A stretch of 64,000 bases of DNA from Phoronis australis. Taxonomy: Eukaryota > Animalia > Phoronida. Under the pieces are notes generated by a model. The model did no database searches and had not been told where the DNA came from. It saw only the letters and a program-made list of their open reading frames with translations. Where the stretch lies: assembly GCA_002633005.1 (NCBI GenBank), contig NMRA01000085.1, positions 1 through 64,000 of the forward strand, written 5' to 3'. Positions 1 through 11,980 of this stretch are shown in pieces. Positions within the stretch are counted from its first letter, which is position 1, and each line of letters opens with the position of its first letter. Both the position numbers and the translations under genes were made by a program.

Positions 1-841
1 CCCAACATGACACCTCGGAGAAATGGGCAAAGCTCGATTGTATGCACAGGTGGCTCGAATGTTGTGGGGGTTAGCGGTACGGACCTGGTGTTCCGGAATT
101 CTGCCGTTGGGCTCGATATTTTCTCACGCTTCATGCTGTTGCTGTGTAATTTTTGCTTGCACCAGTCATGGGGGGCCCCTTGGCCTGTACGCAATCATCA
201 CGTAGTAACAATTAACAATTTTAGTTATAAATCTTATGTACAGTCACGATGCATTGAAATGTTTTTAGCGAAATGTTATTGTTCATGTTTACTATAGATT
301 GTACACAACATAGTCTACGATGTTGACCGTAGGCCGATCGGTGAGCCAGACTACTTTTCATTCATTAAACGATAAGACATGAATAGAACATTTTCCGTTT
401 GAAATGCACATAAATGAAATCGTGGGCAAAAAGTATATTAGAACGTACTTTGGAGAGCATAGAAACCAAATAAATCGATAACTTTGAAGTCTTTACCCTG
501 AAGAAACTCAGTTAGCTCCACAGCTACTGCTTTCGAAACCAGCCATCACTGTTTTGCTTTCCGCCGGCGACCTTTCACCTCTCTGAGGTCATCAGCCATT
601 TCCAAATAAGGCACCGCAATGCATTTTGGGACTGTAATGTCGGACTTGACGCGCACGAAGGCGTGTCTTTTTGGTCAACTTTCAAACGTAAAGAAAAATA
701 CTCCAAACTCATCTAAAACTCACCATATTTATGAAACCTTCAAAAAAACTTGTACGCCACGATATGATACAGGTTTCATGCAAGATGAGTAACATTTACT
801 TTCTTATTTTATACTATTTTTCACGTTCCAAGCCACTTTAA
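1..841. mobile_element. End of a TTAA-terminated (Kolobok-like) non-autonomous DNA element, copy A
   Basis: 172-841 is nearly identical to 1335-2012. Similarity stops exactly at ...CAAGCCACT|TTAA and the flanks differ. TTAA followed by AG at the terminus fits Kolobok (inference). Confidence 0.5.
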
Positions 842-1334
842 GAGAAACAAATCCTCGACAATTGTAACATTTACGTGGCTTGTGCGTAGATTAGTTGCGC
901 TCAGTGTAATTGCTCAATATTTTCTCGGTCAAATATTTTGCTGATTCCAAGCACCAGTTGGGTGTCTGCCAAAACGTGTATTTACCGGTTTATGAAAATA
1001 CTAGACCATGGGAGCATAACAGTACCATTCCCCAATTCACTGCAAAAAGTCCTCCTTACAGTCAATAACCCCCCTCTCAACCTGCTCTTGATTGCCCCTC
1101 GCCAGTGTTGACAACTGATTGACAGTTTCCAACACAAACTTGTGAGTCACTGCCTGTTCTTTAGAACCTATTAGTATATGTTATGTGACAATGTGAAAGA
1201 ATGTGTTGTCTGTATATAAATATATATTTGAAGGTCTTTTAAGATTTATGTATTGTAAGTCTTAAAAATTTCTTTCAAATGAATTGATGAATTAGTGGAG
1301 CATGCCAAGTTAAACTTGCGAGTCCCAGGGATCN

Positions 1335-2012
1335 GGCCCCTTGGCCTGTACGCAATCATCACGTAGTAACAATTAACAATCACCCGAAATACATTTTAGT
1401 TATAAATCTTATGTACAGTCACGATGCATTGAAATGTTTTTAGCGAAATGTTATTGTTCATGTTTACTATAGATTATACACAACATAGTCTACGATGTTG
1501 ACCGTAGGCCGATCGGTGAGCCAGACTACTTTTCATTCATTAAACGATAAGACATGAATAGAACATTTTCCGTTTGAAATGCACATAAATGAAATCGTGG
1601 GCAAAAAGTATATTAGAACGTACTTGGGAGAGCATAGAAACCAAATAAATCGATAACTTACTTCAGAAATGGGACTTCTTTGAGTCAATCGAGGTGTCGA
1701 TGTGCTTTCGAAACCAGCCAACACTGTTTTGCTTTCGGCGACCTTTCACCTCTCTGAGGTCATCAGCCATTTCCAAATAAGGCACCGCAATGCATTTTGG
1801 GACTGTAATGTCGGACTTGACGAGCACGAAGGCGTGTCTTTTTGGCCAACTTTCAAACGTAAAGAAAAATACTCCAAACTCATCTAAAACTCACTATATT
1901 TACGAAACCTACAAAAAAACTTGTACGCCACGATATGATACAGGTTTCATGCAAGATGAGTAACATTTACTTTCTTATTTTATACTATTTTTCACGTTCC
2001 AAGCCACTTTAA
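1335..2012. mobile_element. Same TTAA-terminated element end, copy B, abutting the Tx1-like LINE
   Basis: Starts right after the N at 1334 and ends ...CAAGCCACTTTAA, followed by LINE RT sequence. Confidence 0.5.
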
Positions 2013-2670
2013 AATATTGTGATGTAAATCCGTTGTTCAACACACACGACGCAATTCCAGAATACAATGCGCGGATTCTATTTATAAAAACGTCACCAGA
2101 ATTGAAATTTTTTGAGGATTGAAATAAAAACTCCCAATTTACAGTATCATACGCTTTCTTGAAATCACGGAATACCAATGTGATCAAGGGTGTGCTTATC
2201 TTTATAAAATTTAATCATATCGTCAATTAAACGTATATTCTGGCCTATATAACATTTTGACAGGGACGTTTGACCTGGATGAATCAGATTTTTAATATAT
2301 TTGTATAATTTGTTTGCGATTGTTTTAGTTATTAATTTATAGCCGTAGTTCAAGAGAGAGAGATAGCAATTCTTCGGACTGTTTACTTTTTGGGATTAAC
2401 GTGATTACGCCTTGCTTTTGAGAATTGGACATGTGACCGTTTCCAAAGCTGTACGTCACACTCGCCAATAAATCGTGTTTAATTACCTTCCAAAGGTTTT
2501 ATAAAATTCATAACTGATGCCATTATTACCAGGCGTCTTGTTATTTTTCGTCTCCAACAGAGATTCGTACAATTCTTCTGTTAGATTTTTTTCTAGCTCT
2601 TCAGAATCTGCAGGAGATAGCTTTTTGTAAATTAAGAAGGTAGTTTGGATACGTCCTTTCTCCATTGCAT
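2010..2670 (-). mobile_element. Degraded L1/Tx1-clade LINE reverse transcriptase fragment
   Basis: Broken frames KTPGNNGISYEFYK, LNYGYKLITKTIANKL, IGQNIRLIDD, DFKKAYDTVNWEFLF and SCVLNNGFTSQYF are typical Tx1/L1 RT motifs. Confidence 0.85.
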
Positions 2671-2768
2671 TCTTCTATATAGGAGTAAAGTATTTGTTAT
2701 AGTTCACTTGCATATTTCGTATGCTTGCCAGTGCATGGTGTATAATTTTAGCACCATCTCTGAGGGCA

Positions 2769-3328
2769 TTAAAGGAGAAGGCAACCTTTTCTCGTGTCAT
2801 TTTTAGCAAAAACAAGGTACGTTGATTATCCCAGACATATTTTTCAGTTAATTACAGCTTTTTGTAATTTAAACAATTACTCGTCTGCTACTCCAGAAGT
2901 GACGTTTTGGGTGGCATGAATTTCGCGCTGTCTTTTCATATAAACCGACTGTGAGAGCTGCGTAGTCAGTCATCGCTCTACCTCGGTTGTGATAAGTTCG
3001 GTCGTCGTTTGCTTTTGTTTTCGAGTCAGTCAACATGCCACACTGTTGCTGCGTGCCGGGATGTACTCATTATCGTCCTCACGGACAGAGGAACAACTGT
3101 CCCACTTGCCCGAGTGTTCCGCGACACACTCTCACTGGATGGTTAATGTCTAACTAGGCCTGAATTCACTCCCACAACTCAACATCGCAGCAGGGCTGCT
3201 TACAGGCTCAGGGCGATAATGAATATATCCCGGTAGCAGCAACAGTGTGGCATGTTGACTGACTCCGGCGTAAACTAAGTCAAAAGCAAACGACGACCGA
3301 ATTTATCACAACCGAGATAGAACAATGA
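2769..3328. mobile_element. Kolobok-like left end with a foldback THAP-start segment
   Basis: TTAA|AGGAGAAGG at 2769. Inverted arms ~2970-3079 / ~3210-3328. ATG at 3035 reads MPHCCCVPGC, like a THAP zinc-finger start. Confidence 0.45.
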
Positions 3329-4013
3329 GGCTCCTCATAAAGGAGGCTATGCATAAACGGTGGAATCATGCAATCTCAATAGGAACATTGGTTTGAGCTC
3401 CCAACTGTTTCGATTTCTGGTCTCATCTCACAATGCATTTGACATGTACCTGTACACTTTGTTTTCCACTTGTGTCGCCTGTTTGAGTAAACTGGAACCC
3501 AATCATCGTGGTTTTTGATAAATTATGTAATTAACAAACATTACCTAAATCCAATTGATGACAAATGCGAATACAACTTTGTGTTTATGAGTATCATTGT
3601 TTATCTCAACGTCTGCAGTGTACCAATTTGAGGCAATGCAAGTGCTAGATTTTTACACATTCAATAAAATGAACTGAAACAATAATAATATAATATAATA
3701 TAATATACAATATTCTTTACTTTCAGTACAAGACAATGCATCGAACAATTTCAATATCTCATATTTATAACTCAAACAGTGTTGAAATTTTCACAGTACC
3801 AATGTTCTGGCATAACTGGATTCAGTAACTACAAATAACAATAATTGTGATATTGCCGACATCCTAGTCGAGTGGGATTACCCCCATCTTCACTTGAATG
3901 CCCAACCCCAATTTCCACATGCAAAATTCCACCACGAAAAAAAATTGCTACCCAAGATTAACATTACTGGCTTCACAAAGACTACATGGTAGAGTATGTA
4001 TAACCAGTCAATG

Positions 4014-4205
4014 CTTTGTATGACTACTGAATGTGAAGTCATTGACATGTATACCAGGTAAATCAGACAACCAATTCTTTGCATGACTACTGAATGTGAA
4101 GTCATTGACATGTATACCAGGTAAATCAGACAACCAATTCTTTGTATGACTACTGAATGTGAAGTCATTGACATGTATACCAGGTAAATCAGACAACCAA
4201 TTCTT
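4014..4205. repeat. 63-bp tandem repeat x3
   Basis: Unit CTTTGTATGACTACTGAATGTGAAGTCATTGACATGTATACCAGGTAAATCAGACAACCAATT. It explains the 21-aa periodic ORFs 3890..4249 and 4008..4196. Confidence 0.95.
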
Positions 4206-7200
4206 GAGATTGTGTTACCAGTAACAAGGCCTAGATAAGATATCGCCATATACTATTTTCCACTTCAAAGTGACCAGGTGCAATAAGAATTTTACATTGT
4301 CTAAAGTTAATCGCTCGGTATAAATTATCAGCAGCACATCACACCTAATTGTTTAATCGTGGTTCAAAATCTCTGGAGTGGTCAGTTTTCCCATTCTTGA
4401 ACAGCAAGATCTGGGAAGCACAGGGCTTTTTTCAAAGCTTTGAAAAATCAAAAGCCAGAAATCTAGCAATAAGTTTAGATTCAACCAATCAAAATTAAAA
4501 CCCCAGATATGTCATAGCATTAAGTTAAGCCTACACCAATAAAAATTTGCACTAATATTTTAACTACAACAACCTCTACTCGTTTATATACTCAATATAT
4601 GTCACTGGAACTTTCCCCGAAATCCCATTCCTGTCGCCCATCACCCAGTCAGGATCCAGCTCAGCTAACGTCCAAACACTGATCACCTGTAATTTAAAGA
4701 GGCATTTCTACAGGATAAGTAATACTCATAATAACTCATAACAACAAAAACAAAATACAATTACTCAAGTTTGATTGAATACAAGAGATGTACTGGCTCA
4801 ATCCAGACCTCCCCCGACTCGGCGATACGCGCCTCGGATTCACACGAATTCTAAATCCCTTAAAATGTAGATCTGCCACTGGCGAGGCTTAGCACAAAAT
4901 TAACTCGACAAATGAGACCTGGCAAAATTTCCATCTTCCCAATCGAGAACTGAGGTCACCGAGCCCCATTGATAAAAACCGAAATTGAAATGAATAAGAT
5001 ACTTGAATTGAAAATCCAGCAAACTCGGCAGATGTCTACCGGTTGTTGTTTTGTTTGTCCTGCGAGCTCATGGCAACCAGCCAATTATCCACTTTCAGAC
5101 TCAATATCGCATGTGTAGGCCAACCTCTAGGGGCAAACAAACATGATTTATATCTTCCTGTAGTATCATGAGTGGCGTAGCGACTTTATTATGACCTGGG
5201 ATTTTTACTTGCCAAAGAAAATCTTGAGGTCACATTCTATAGAGTTAAAATCTACAGTTTGCATAGATGTAAATTATGTTGCCTTATCAAAAAGGTCCTA
5301 CAAAGCCTGAAGTTTTGACTTCATAGATTCAAGACCAAAAATGATTATTGGAAATACCCCTGGTTTGTCTGCTGTTTGCTTCAGGAAAAATTAAATCATA
5401 GCTAACGAAGCTCTTAAAAAATGACAATGAAATCCAAAATTGGCATTGCATAGGTGTTCTGTCAGCAAGCTCTGTATTCCACAGGCGTATTGCTTCAGTC
5501 TTAACAAGTAATTACACGAACACTCAAAAGAACACACTGACGGTCTATAACCTAAATGTACGGGTAACCACCTGGAATGCACTTAAAACAATGCAACTTA
5601 CTTTCCCAAGAGTTTCTGCAATTCCATTATGTAGGCATGATCCTGAGCATAGTGTGCGGTCTGAGCTTCTATGAAGTCCCCCAGGCACTTGGAATGGTGT
5701 GTCTGAAACAAATCAAAATCGTATCATTCATTTTGTTGCAAACAGCGAGATAGCTTAAATTACTAGGATGGAGATAGATCAAATTTCAAATCTAAAACCA
5801 CATCCAGGTGCATTCACTAAGCATTACCTTGAAAAAAAACAATTTTACCTCTATCAAGGAAGTCGGGTTAGGCCTCCAAGAATCAAAATTTCTTATTTTA
5901 ATTCAACCCAGTCAATACATATTTAGAAGAAAAACAGCAGTGTCACATAGCAAAGAACAAACACACTATTGGGGCAATTAAGTTTTCAAATATGCCCAAA
6001 TGAGGAGTATCATTGATCAACATAAAACTGCTAAAAGAGGGATTTGTCTAAACATGAACAATGCCGTCTCATCCCAGGTACATCAACATGCTAGCTATGT
6101 TTCCACAGGATCTTTCTACTGGGTTTCGAAAATCGATAAGAGGCAGATGATCTCTACGCAGAAATTTATCAACTAAGTTTCGGGTAAATCTACAAAACAA
6201 TTAACACGGTAGATTAACAAGAATACGTATTATGACTATAATAATGCCATGACAGAATGGGAGAAACTGTAGTCAGATCACTCCAATGGCTTTCATACAC
6301 TCCATCGTAAAGGAACACAACTACCGTAGCATAAAGATCCTTCAAGAGGTTTGTCAGACACAGAGTTGGACTCGCTGCACAAATACGCGACGGCAATATG
6401 CACCCACAAATAAGTACATATAGCTACATAAAAATCTTATTTTTTGCTTTTATAAGTCGAAAACACAAGCACAGACGATCAGCCATAATTTATTGTAACT
6501 GTCACCGTTTCTGTAATGTAATACTTACGTGAGTACTGGTGATATCTTCTAGTAACAGTCTGGTTATTTCCAACTGACGATCAAACTCCGACTGTGCCGT
6601 ACGCAGGTCCTGCTCTGCCTATGGAGAAAACATTCAAACAAGGCTGAAGGTAAGAATCATTACACGAGGTAAAACATAACAAAAAACATGTGGTTATTTA
6701 GATGAACAGAAATTCAGTGCATGACAAAGTGAAGATTTTGTGGACTTCAGTTTGGCAGCATTAAGCTACATTTCTCAGGTAATATTGACTTCAGTTCAGT
6801 GACACCCTCATGGACAGGACAACTGCTTTTACGTCTCGCTAAAATTCCATCAATTCCTTACAAAAATCATCCCCAAAATTGATTCTTTAATTTTTCAATG
6901 ACTTCTAACATAGCTGTGAATGCTCAGACACAATTTCTCAGGACATGATGTTAACTATAGTTCAGAATTAACGACTGGTGCGACGTATCTTTTTCGAAAA
7001 ATCAGAGGGTGGGGGTTAGGAGAAACCAGTGGAGAACTGGGGGGCACTCAGGGTGGACGCTCGGTGATCTTTGGCAACCGGGGACAGAATAAAAAGCAGT
7101 CGTGATACGAAAAATTTACACAAAATACTGCCGTTATTACCGCATAGTGTGAACCATCACATTACCCCTTTCAGTTCCCTGCCATGATAGCACAAAATAT

Positions 7201-8685
7201 CATTCAAGTACACTGACAGTCATCTTTATCATTCACTTGACTGCCTGGATTGTTGTAGTTGGCAATTGAAATGTAAGCAGCATGCAAATGTCCAAAATGA
7301 ACAACAGCTACCAATGCCAACTTTTTCAGTTGATTATTTAAGTGACCTTAGTATTACGAAGAAACCGTGAACAGTTAGAGATATTAACAGAATGTTATGG
7401 TAAACATGTCTAACTGCAATATACACACACAGAGCCACACCCAATATTATTGAATTGTTTTCAACAAACGTTTACTAAATTCTATTGTTATGCTGACCTA
7501 CATGCACCAAATACAGAAGTAATTTAACCAAAAAAGTTTAGAAGAGAGATGCCAAGCAATGGCTGCCCATACAAGGAGTGAAAGCTACCACAAACATCCA
7601 GGTTAATGCCCAAGACGCTCAATTGTCAAACCTAAAAATCTGGGGTGGGTGCTTTAACCAGAGAGGGGGGCATCTGCAAACATGTGGAGACAAACTGACT
7701 GGATCTAAGTAAGACGTTGTGCACTACTATTGGCTTACAAAGTAAATGATTGAATACGTGCCATATATGGAAAAAAGGTCAGCCCAAAATGTCACATGGC
7801 CTCAGCAAGCCTGTCACAGAGTCCATCTTCAGATGTGAAAGAAGCAGATCCTAGTCTGTGAGAAAATCCTGGTTTTTTTGAAAAATAAATTTGTTGTACA
7901 GTAGAATGAGAGCACGTGGCTCACTTAAGTCGCGGTTAACTGTTCATTTCAACAACAGGGGCATTTTCAATGCATTGCAGAAGACGCTAAGAGAATGCAA
8001 TGCCGGCGCCCCCCCCCCTCGTGACAACCAAAACTACACTACGGCTCGAAATTAATCCGGTTTACACATCTGGAAGCTTGAAATTGATGTTTTGAAATTA
8101 ATTCAGAGAAACAAATAAGTGAAGAGGCCGGACCGAGTATTAGACGCTGAATTGAAATTCTCAAAAGTAGAGGGTTGCAAAGCCAAGCAGTGAGACAGTG
8201 CTAAATTAGAAAATTCTAAAAGGGTTGGGTACTTCCTTGAGCAGGGGCATTAACACGAATGTTTACGATAGAAGTACAAACCAAAGACACATAAAATAAT
8301 ACTAAATCCCACACAAAAATACAAAAGAGTAAAAACCGACTGAGAAGATGAGCAAGGCAAAGTACAAGGAGAATGCCACCCAAAAAACAAGTTATTTTGT
8401 ATCAATAGATCAAGTACTTCCTGGACTAGATAACAGCAAGTTCAGTGCTTTTGACCTGTCACCTGACAGCAGACGGGTGTGTAAAAATTAACCAAAGACG
8501 TCACTGATTCGAATGCAGTCTGATCAGCAGTCCACAACACGCTTAGTTGGTGTCCGCTTAACACTTGAATTCATTGTTTTACATCAATAAATCATTAAAA
8601 TTTGATTTAAAACCCTTACAAATACACAGAGTTCTTGAAAAAACGTGTTGTTTTATTTCGTTGCTACGGATGAACAGGTGTTTAA

Positions 8686-10887
8686 CCCTTATCCTGCTAA
8701 GCCTCTATTCAGACAACTTTCCCTGTGTGCTGAGCTAAGTAGGTCACTACTACTCCTGTACACTGGGCTGTTATGTAGGTCACTCAGATTAATGATCTAA
8801 CATTTTTAAATTGGAAATTTGAAAGGAAAATGTCAACTTCACAGAAAAATAGTCTACATGAAAGTTGTTCAGAATTTAATGGAGATTTTAACCATATGCA
8901 TATCAGTATCATAGCCTTGCTGTAAATAAATCTATAAACTTTAAAACTGGACACACTTGGTTTTTATCTGTTTTCGAACATGATAACATCATAGTTGATA
9001 CTCAAAAACCATGAAAAACAGTTTTAAAAAGGGAATTCATGAGACTTGCATGTTTTAATAGTGCAAATTTATTGTCTGTAACACAACTACAAACAAGAAT
9101 GAACAGTAACATACCTCAACTTTGCACGCGATTACCAATTTATGATTGGTGCAGTTGCTTATTACAGTCTCTTTTGAAATTGACTTTGGTGTGGAACAAC
9201 TTGAAGCAAGGGTGGGGACACAAAGCTATTCTACACTGTTCGCAACGATATTCGGTCTGGTGCCGCTTCACTTTCTGGTTGGAACATACGGCACAATCAG
9301 GAAATGACTGGCGACCACTGCTCGTTTTTGTCGGATTGATTTCGATGAAGTGACGCTCGGTCAGACGGCTCGGAACATTCTGAATAGGGCGAAGTACTGC
9401 ACGATTTCGAGTGTAATTGGCCAATAACCCTTTCACCACATTTAACCGGAACCGTTGAGGTGTTGTATGGCTCGTTCTCACTTTACGGAAGATTATCAAC
9501 GCGTTGACGAGAGACACTTCCTGCAGAGCTATGTAGGCCTTCTTCCACCACTTTACAGTTCTATGCACCACAACCCTGACGCGCCAGTTCGTCAAACAAC
9601 ACCGGTGACGTGAAGCGATTGTCCATGTAAACATGGTGACCCAAGCCATATAATGGTCGACAGATATCGGTGACAACCCTGTACATCACTCCGTGTTCAG
9701 GACGTTCAACACCTTGTTTTCCAGCATACAAATCCCAGTTCCACGTGTATCCAGTTTTAGCATCTGCAAGCACCCAGGCGTTGAGACCCCATTTGTGGGT
9801 TTGTTCGGACAGTACTGCACCATAAATGACCGGCCCTTGAAAGGTATGATACTTTCATCTACGGACACTTCTCGGCCAGGATGAAATGCCGCTTGCCACG
9901 CTGGGATGATAATATTCATAAGGGACCTCACTTTAAAAATGCGGTCGTGTTGAGGGTGATCTCGCGGCAGCATTTCATTGTTGTCTACAAGGTGAAAAAA
10001 CTGCAGGATCAACAGGAAACGATCTCGGGACATGACGTTCCTGAAACCAGACATCTCCAGGAAACCATCTGTAGTCCAGTATAGTTCGTAATTTGCACGA
10101 CGGTCAATTCCCATGAGAATCAAAATAGCAACAAATGCCCTCATCTCCTCAGCATCTACTTCCACCCACTTTTTCACCCTTGAGTACGTTTTGAGTGCCT
10201 CGACACCACCAGACTGCTCAATATATTGACGTGCATACCTGTTCGTTTCACTGGTCATTACTATAAACAAGTCGTCTGTGAAAAAATCACAAAAAATATC
10301 CAGTTCTGAATGGGTTGCATCATGTTTAAGAGGCCCTGTATTGTGTGTGAAGGGCGTGACCCAAGCATCGTCGTAGGCTGCTCCAAGTTCAGCTTCAGGG
10401 ACCGGTAATTCCTCCAAAATTGCACTGAGATCTGGATCGATAGACTGTGCATTACTTGACACTGTTGTGTCTGCCTCACCGTCACTTTCAGCATCACTTT
10501 CAAGTGCTAATTCCAACTCATTTTCACTGTCGGAGTCCATAAATACTTCCTCCAGAAACTGATCAACAGTCATCCTACCACGTTTGGCACCAGCCATGAC
10601 TAAACTTGTCTAAACTTCCAAATAACTCGCTAACAATTCACCACAGCCACACGTTGTAAATCAGAAAAATGTACAGGAAACTATCAACTGTGGAATGCGC
10701 ATGCTCACATAAATAAACAGCATACGGGGCTTTCACAATGTCTGAATCAAAAACACCTGTGTCCTGGGGTGAGTACACTCTTCTTGCGCAGTCTAGCCGT
10801 AGCTTAGTATAGGCGATTTATTACACCCAACGCATTCTAATAGAATAATTGGCTTGTCGGCTGACCTCGCCTAGCGCAGGATAAGGG
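8686..10887 (-). mobile_element. piggyBac DNA transposon, internally deleted (non-autonomous)
   Basis: TTAA at 8682-8685 and 10888-10891. Perfect 12-bp TIR CCCTTATCCTGC (8686-8697 / 10876-10887). Contains a transposase remnant. Confidence 0.95.
9140..10597 (-). pseudogene. Disrupted piggyBac (PGBD4-like) transposase
   Basis: Three frames: MAGAKRG...MSRDRF...SVDESIIPFKGR...PNKP / KWGLNAWVLAD...VYMDNRFTS...LARQG / HRTVKWWKK...CAVC...CEQCRIALCPHPCF..FH. There is a 1-nt frameshift near 9792, and a deletion near 9564-9572 removes the third catalytic Asp region. Confidence 0.92.
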
Positions 10888-11659
10888 TTAAACATTCTAT
10901 AGCCTGGAAAGTTCGGTAGGCCAATTTACCAATTAAGGTCAGTCGCAGGAATTTGTGGTCTTTTCGGTGATAAATTCAAATTATTCTTCCATGAAATGCA
11001 GACAGCCCGGAGAACATAGCTGTGTGTTGTAATTTTATACTTGCGACCTTGCAGTTCTAAACACACAAAAAGCTTGTTATCCTAGCCAGTCGATCCGGCA
11101 GGCCCGTCGCAGCCGGACTGAAGACGTCACGAACATAAACCATGTTGAAACTAAACTTCCAGTCGTGAAAAGGCTATGATAGTGAGCCAAAGAAATAATA
11201 AGCATGTGATTATTTTGGTAAATTAGCTGCGAAACTGCAAATCTACTTACATGTCGGGGGCTGCGAAGTCATTTTACCCTTCCACAGAACCGTCGGGGCA
11301 GAAGTTGTACAATAACAATTATTCGAATAATGTTCCATATGTAAATAAAGATTCCCCTAACATCTGACCATAGCATATACAATAATTGAGTTGTTTCACA
11401 ACAGCTTTCTGTCAGCAAACACTGAATTAGCATATGCGCTCACATGGTCTAGGTGCCCAGCCACTTAGCTTAAGTTGCATCTAAAGCCAGTAATGCAGTG
11501 ATTTATTCATTGCTGGGTTCCCAAAATATTTGCACTCAGAACACTCCAAAGGCATTACAAATTGTATCTAATGAGACAGACTTAGACACATTGTTTCAGT
11601 TTTACATAAACGCATTGCTGGTTAGACTGAGAATAATTAATTTTGAAACGGAACGCACA

Positions 11660-11980
11660 ATGATAAACGCCAACACGGCAACTTGCAATCCCGACTTAGA
11701 CAAGTACTCATCCGAGGAAGACTTCACAGCAGAATCGCAGTTTCACAGGCTATATCAGTTTGAACCAGAATCAAAAAATACTAGAGAGCCACCGTGAACC
11801 TGCCACAAGCAACGGAACATGTGGACAATTCCGAAAACCATTTGAAAACTTGTCATGGTGTCAGAGCGCTAATGACAATGGAAAAGATTGATGGTTGCGT
11901 TTGCTGCCACGAAATTCCGCAAGTGAAACGCCCTATTATCCATGAAATGCTGGTCCACACAGACATGAAATGGAGATGTT
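11660..11980 (+). pseudogene. Degraded P2X7-C-terminal-like (KolX-like) Cys-rich coding remnant
   Basis: YQFEPE followed, after a frame break, by TCHGVRALMTMEKIDGCVCCHEIPQV. This resembles the PY.FEPE...C.CG.C..M....ECVCC.EIP.V pattern of the P2RX7 intracellular domain family. It lies in a paralog-specific intronic insertion. Confidence 0.5.

Noticed and set aside
3890-4249. 119-aa ORF with a 21-aa repeat
   Set aside because: It is only the translation of the 63-bp tandem repeat in 3' UTR-derived sequence.
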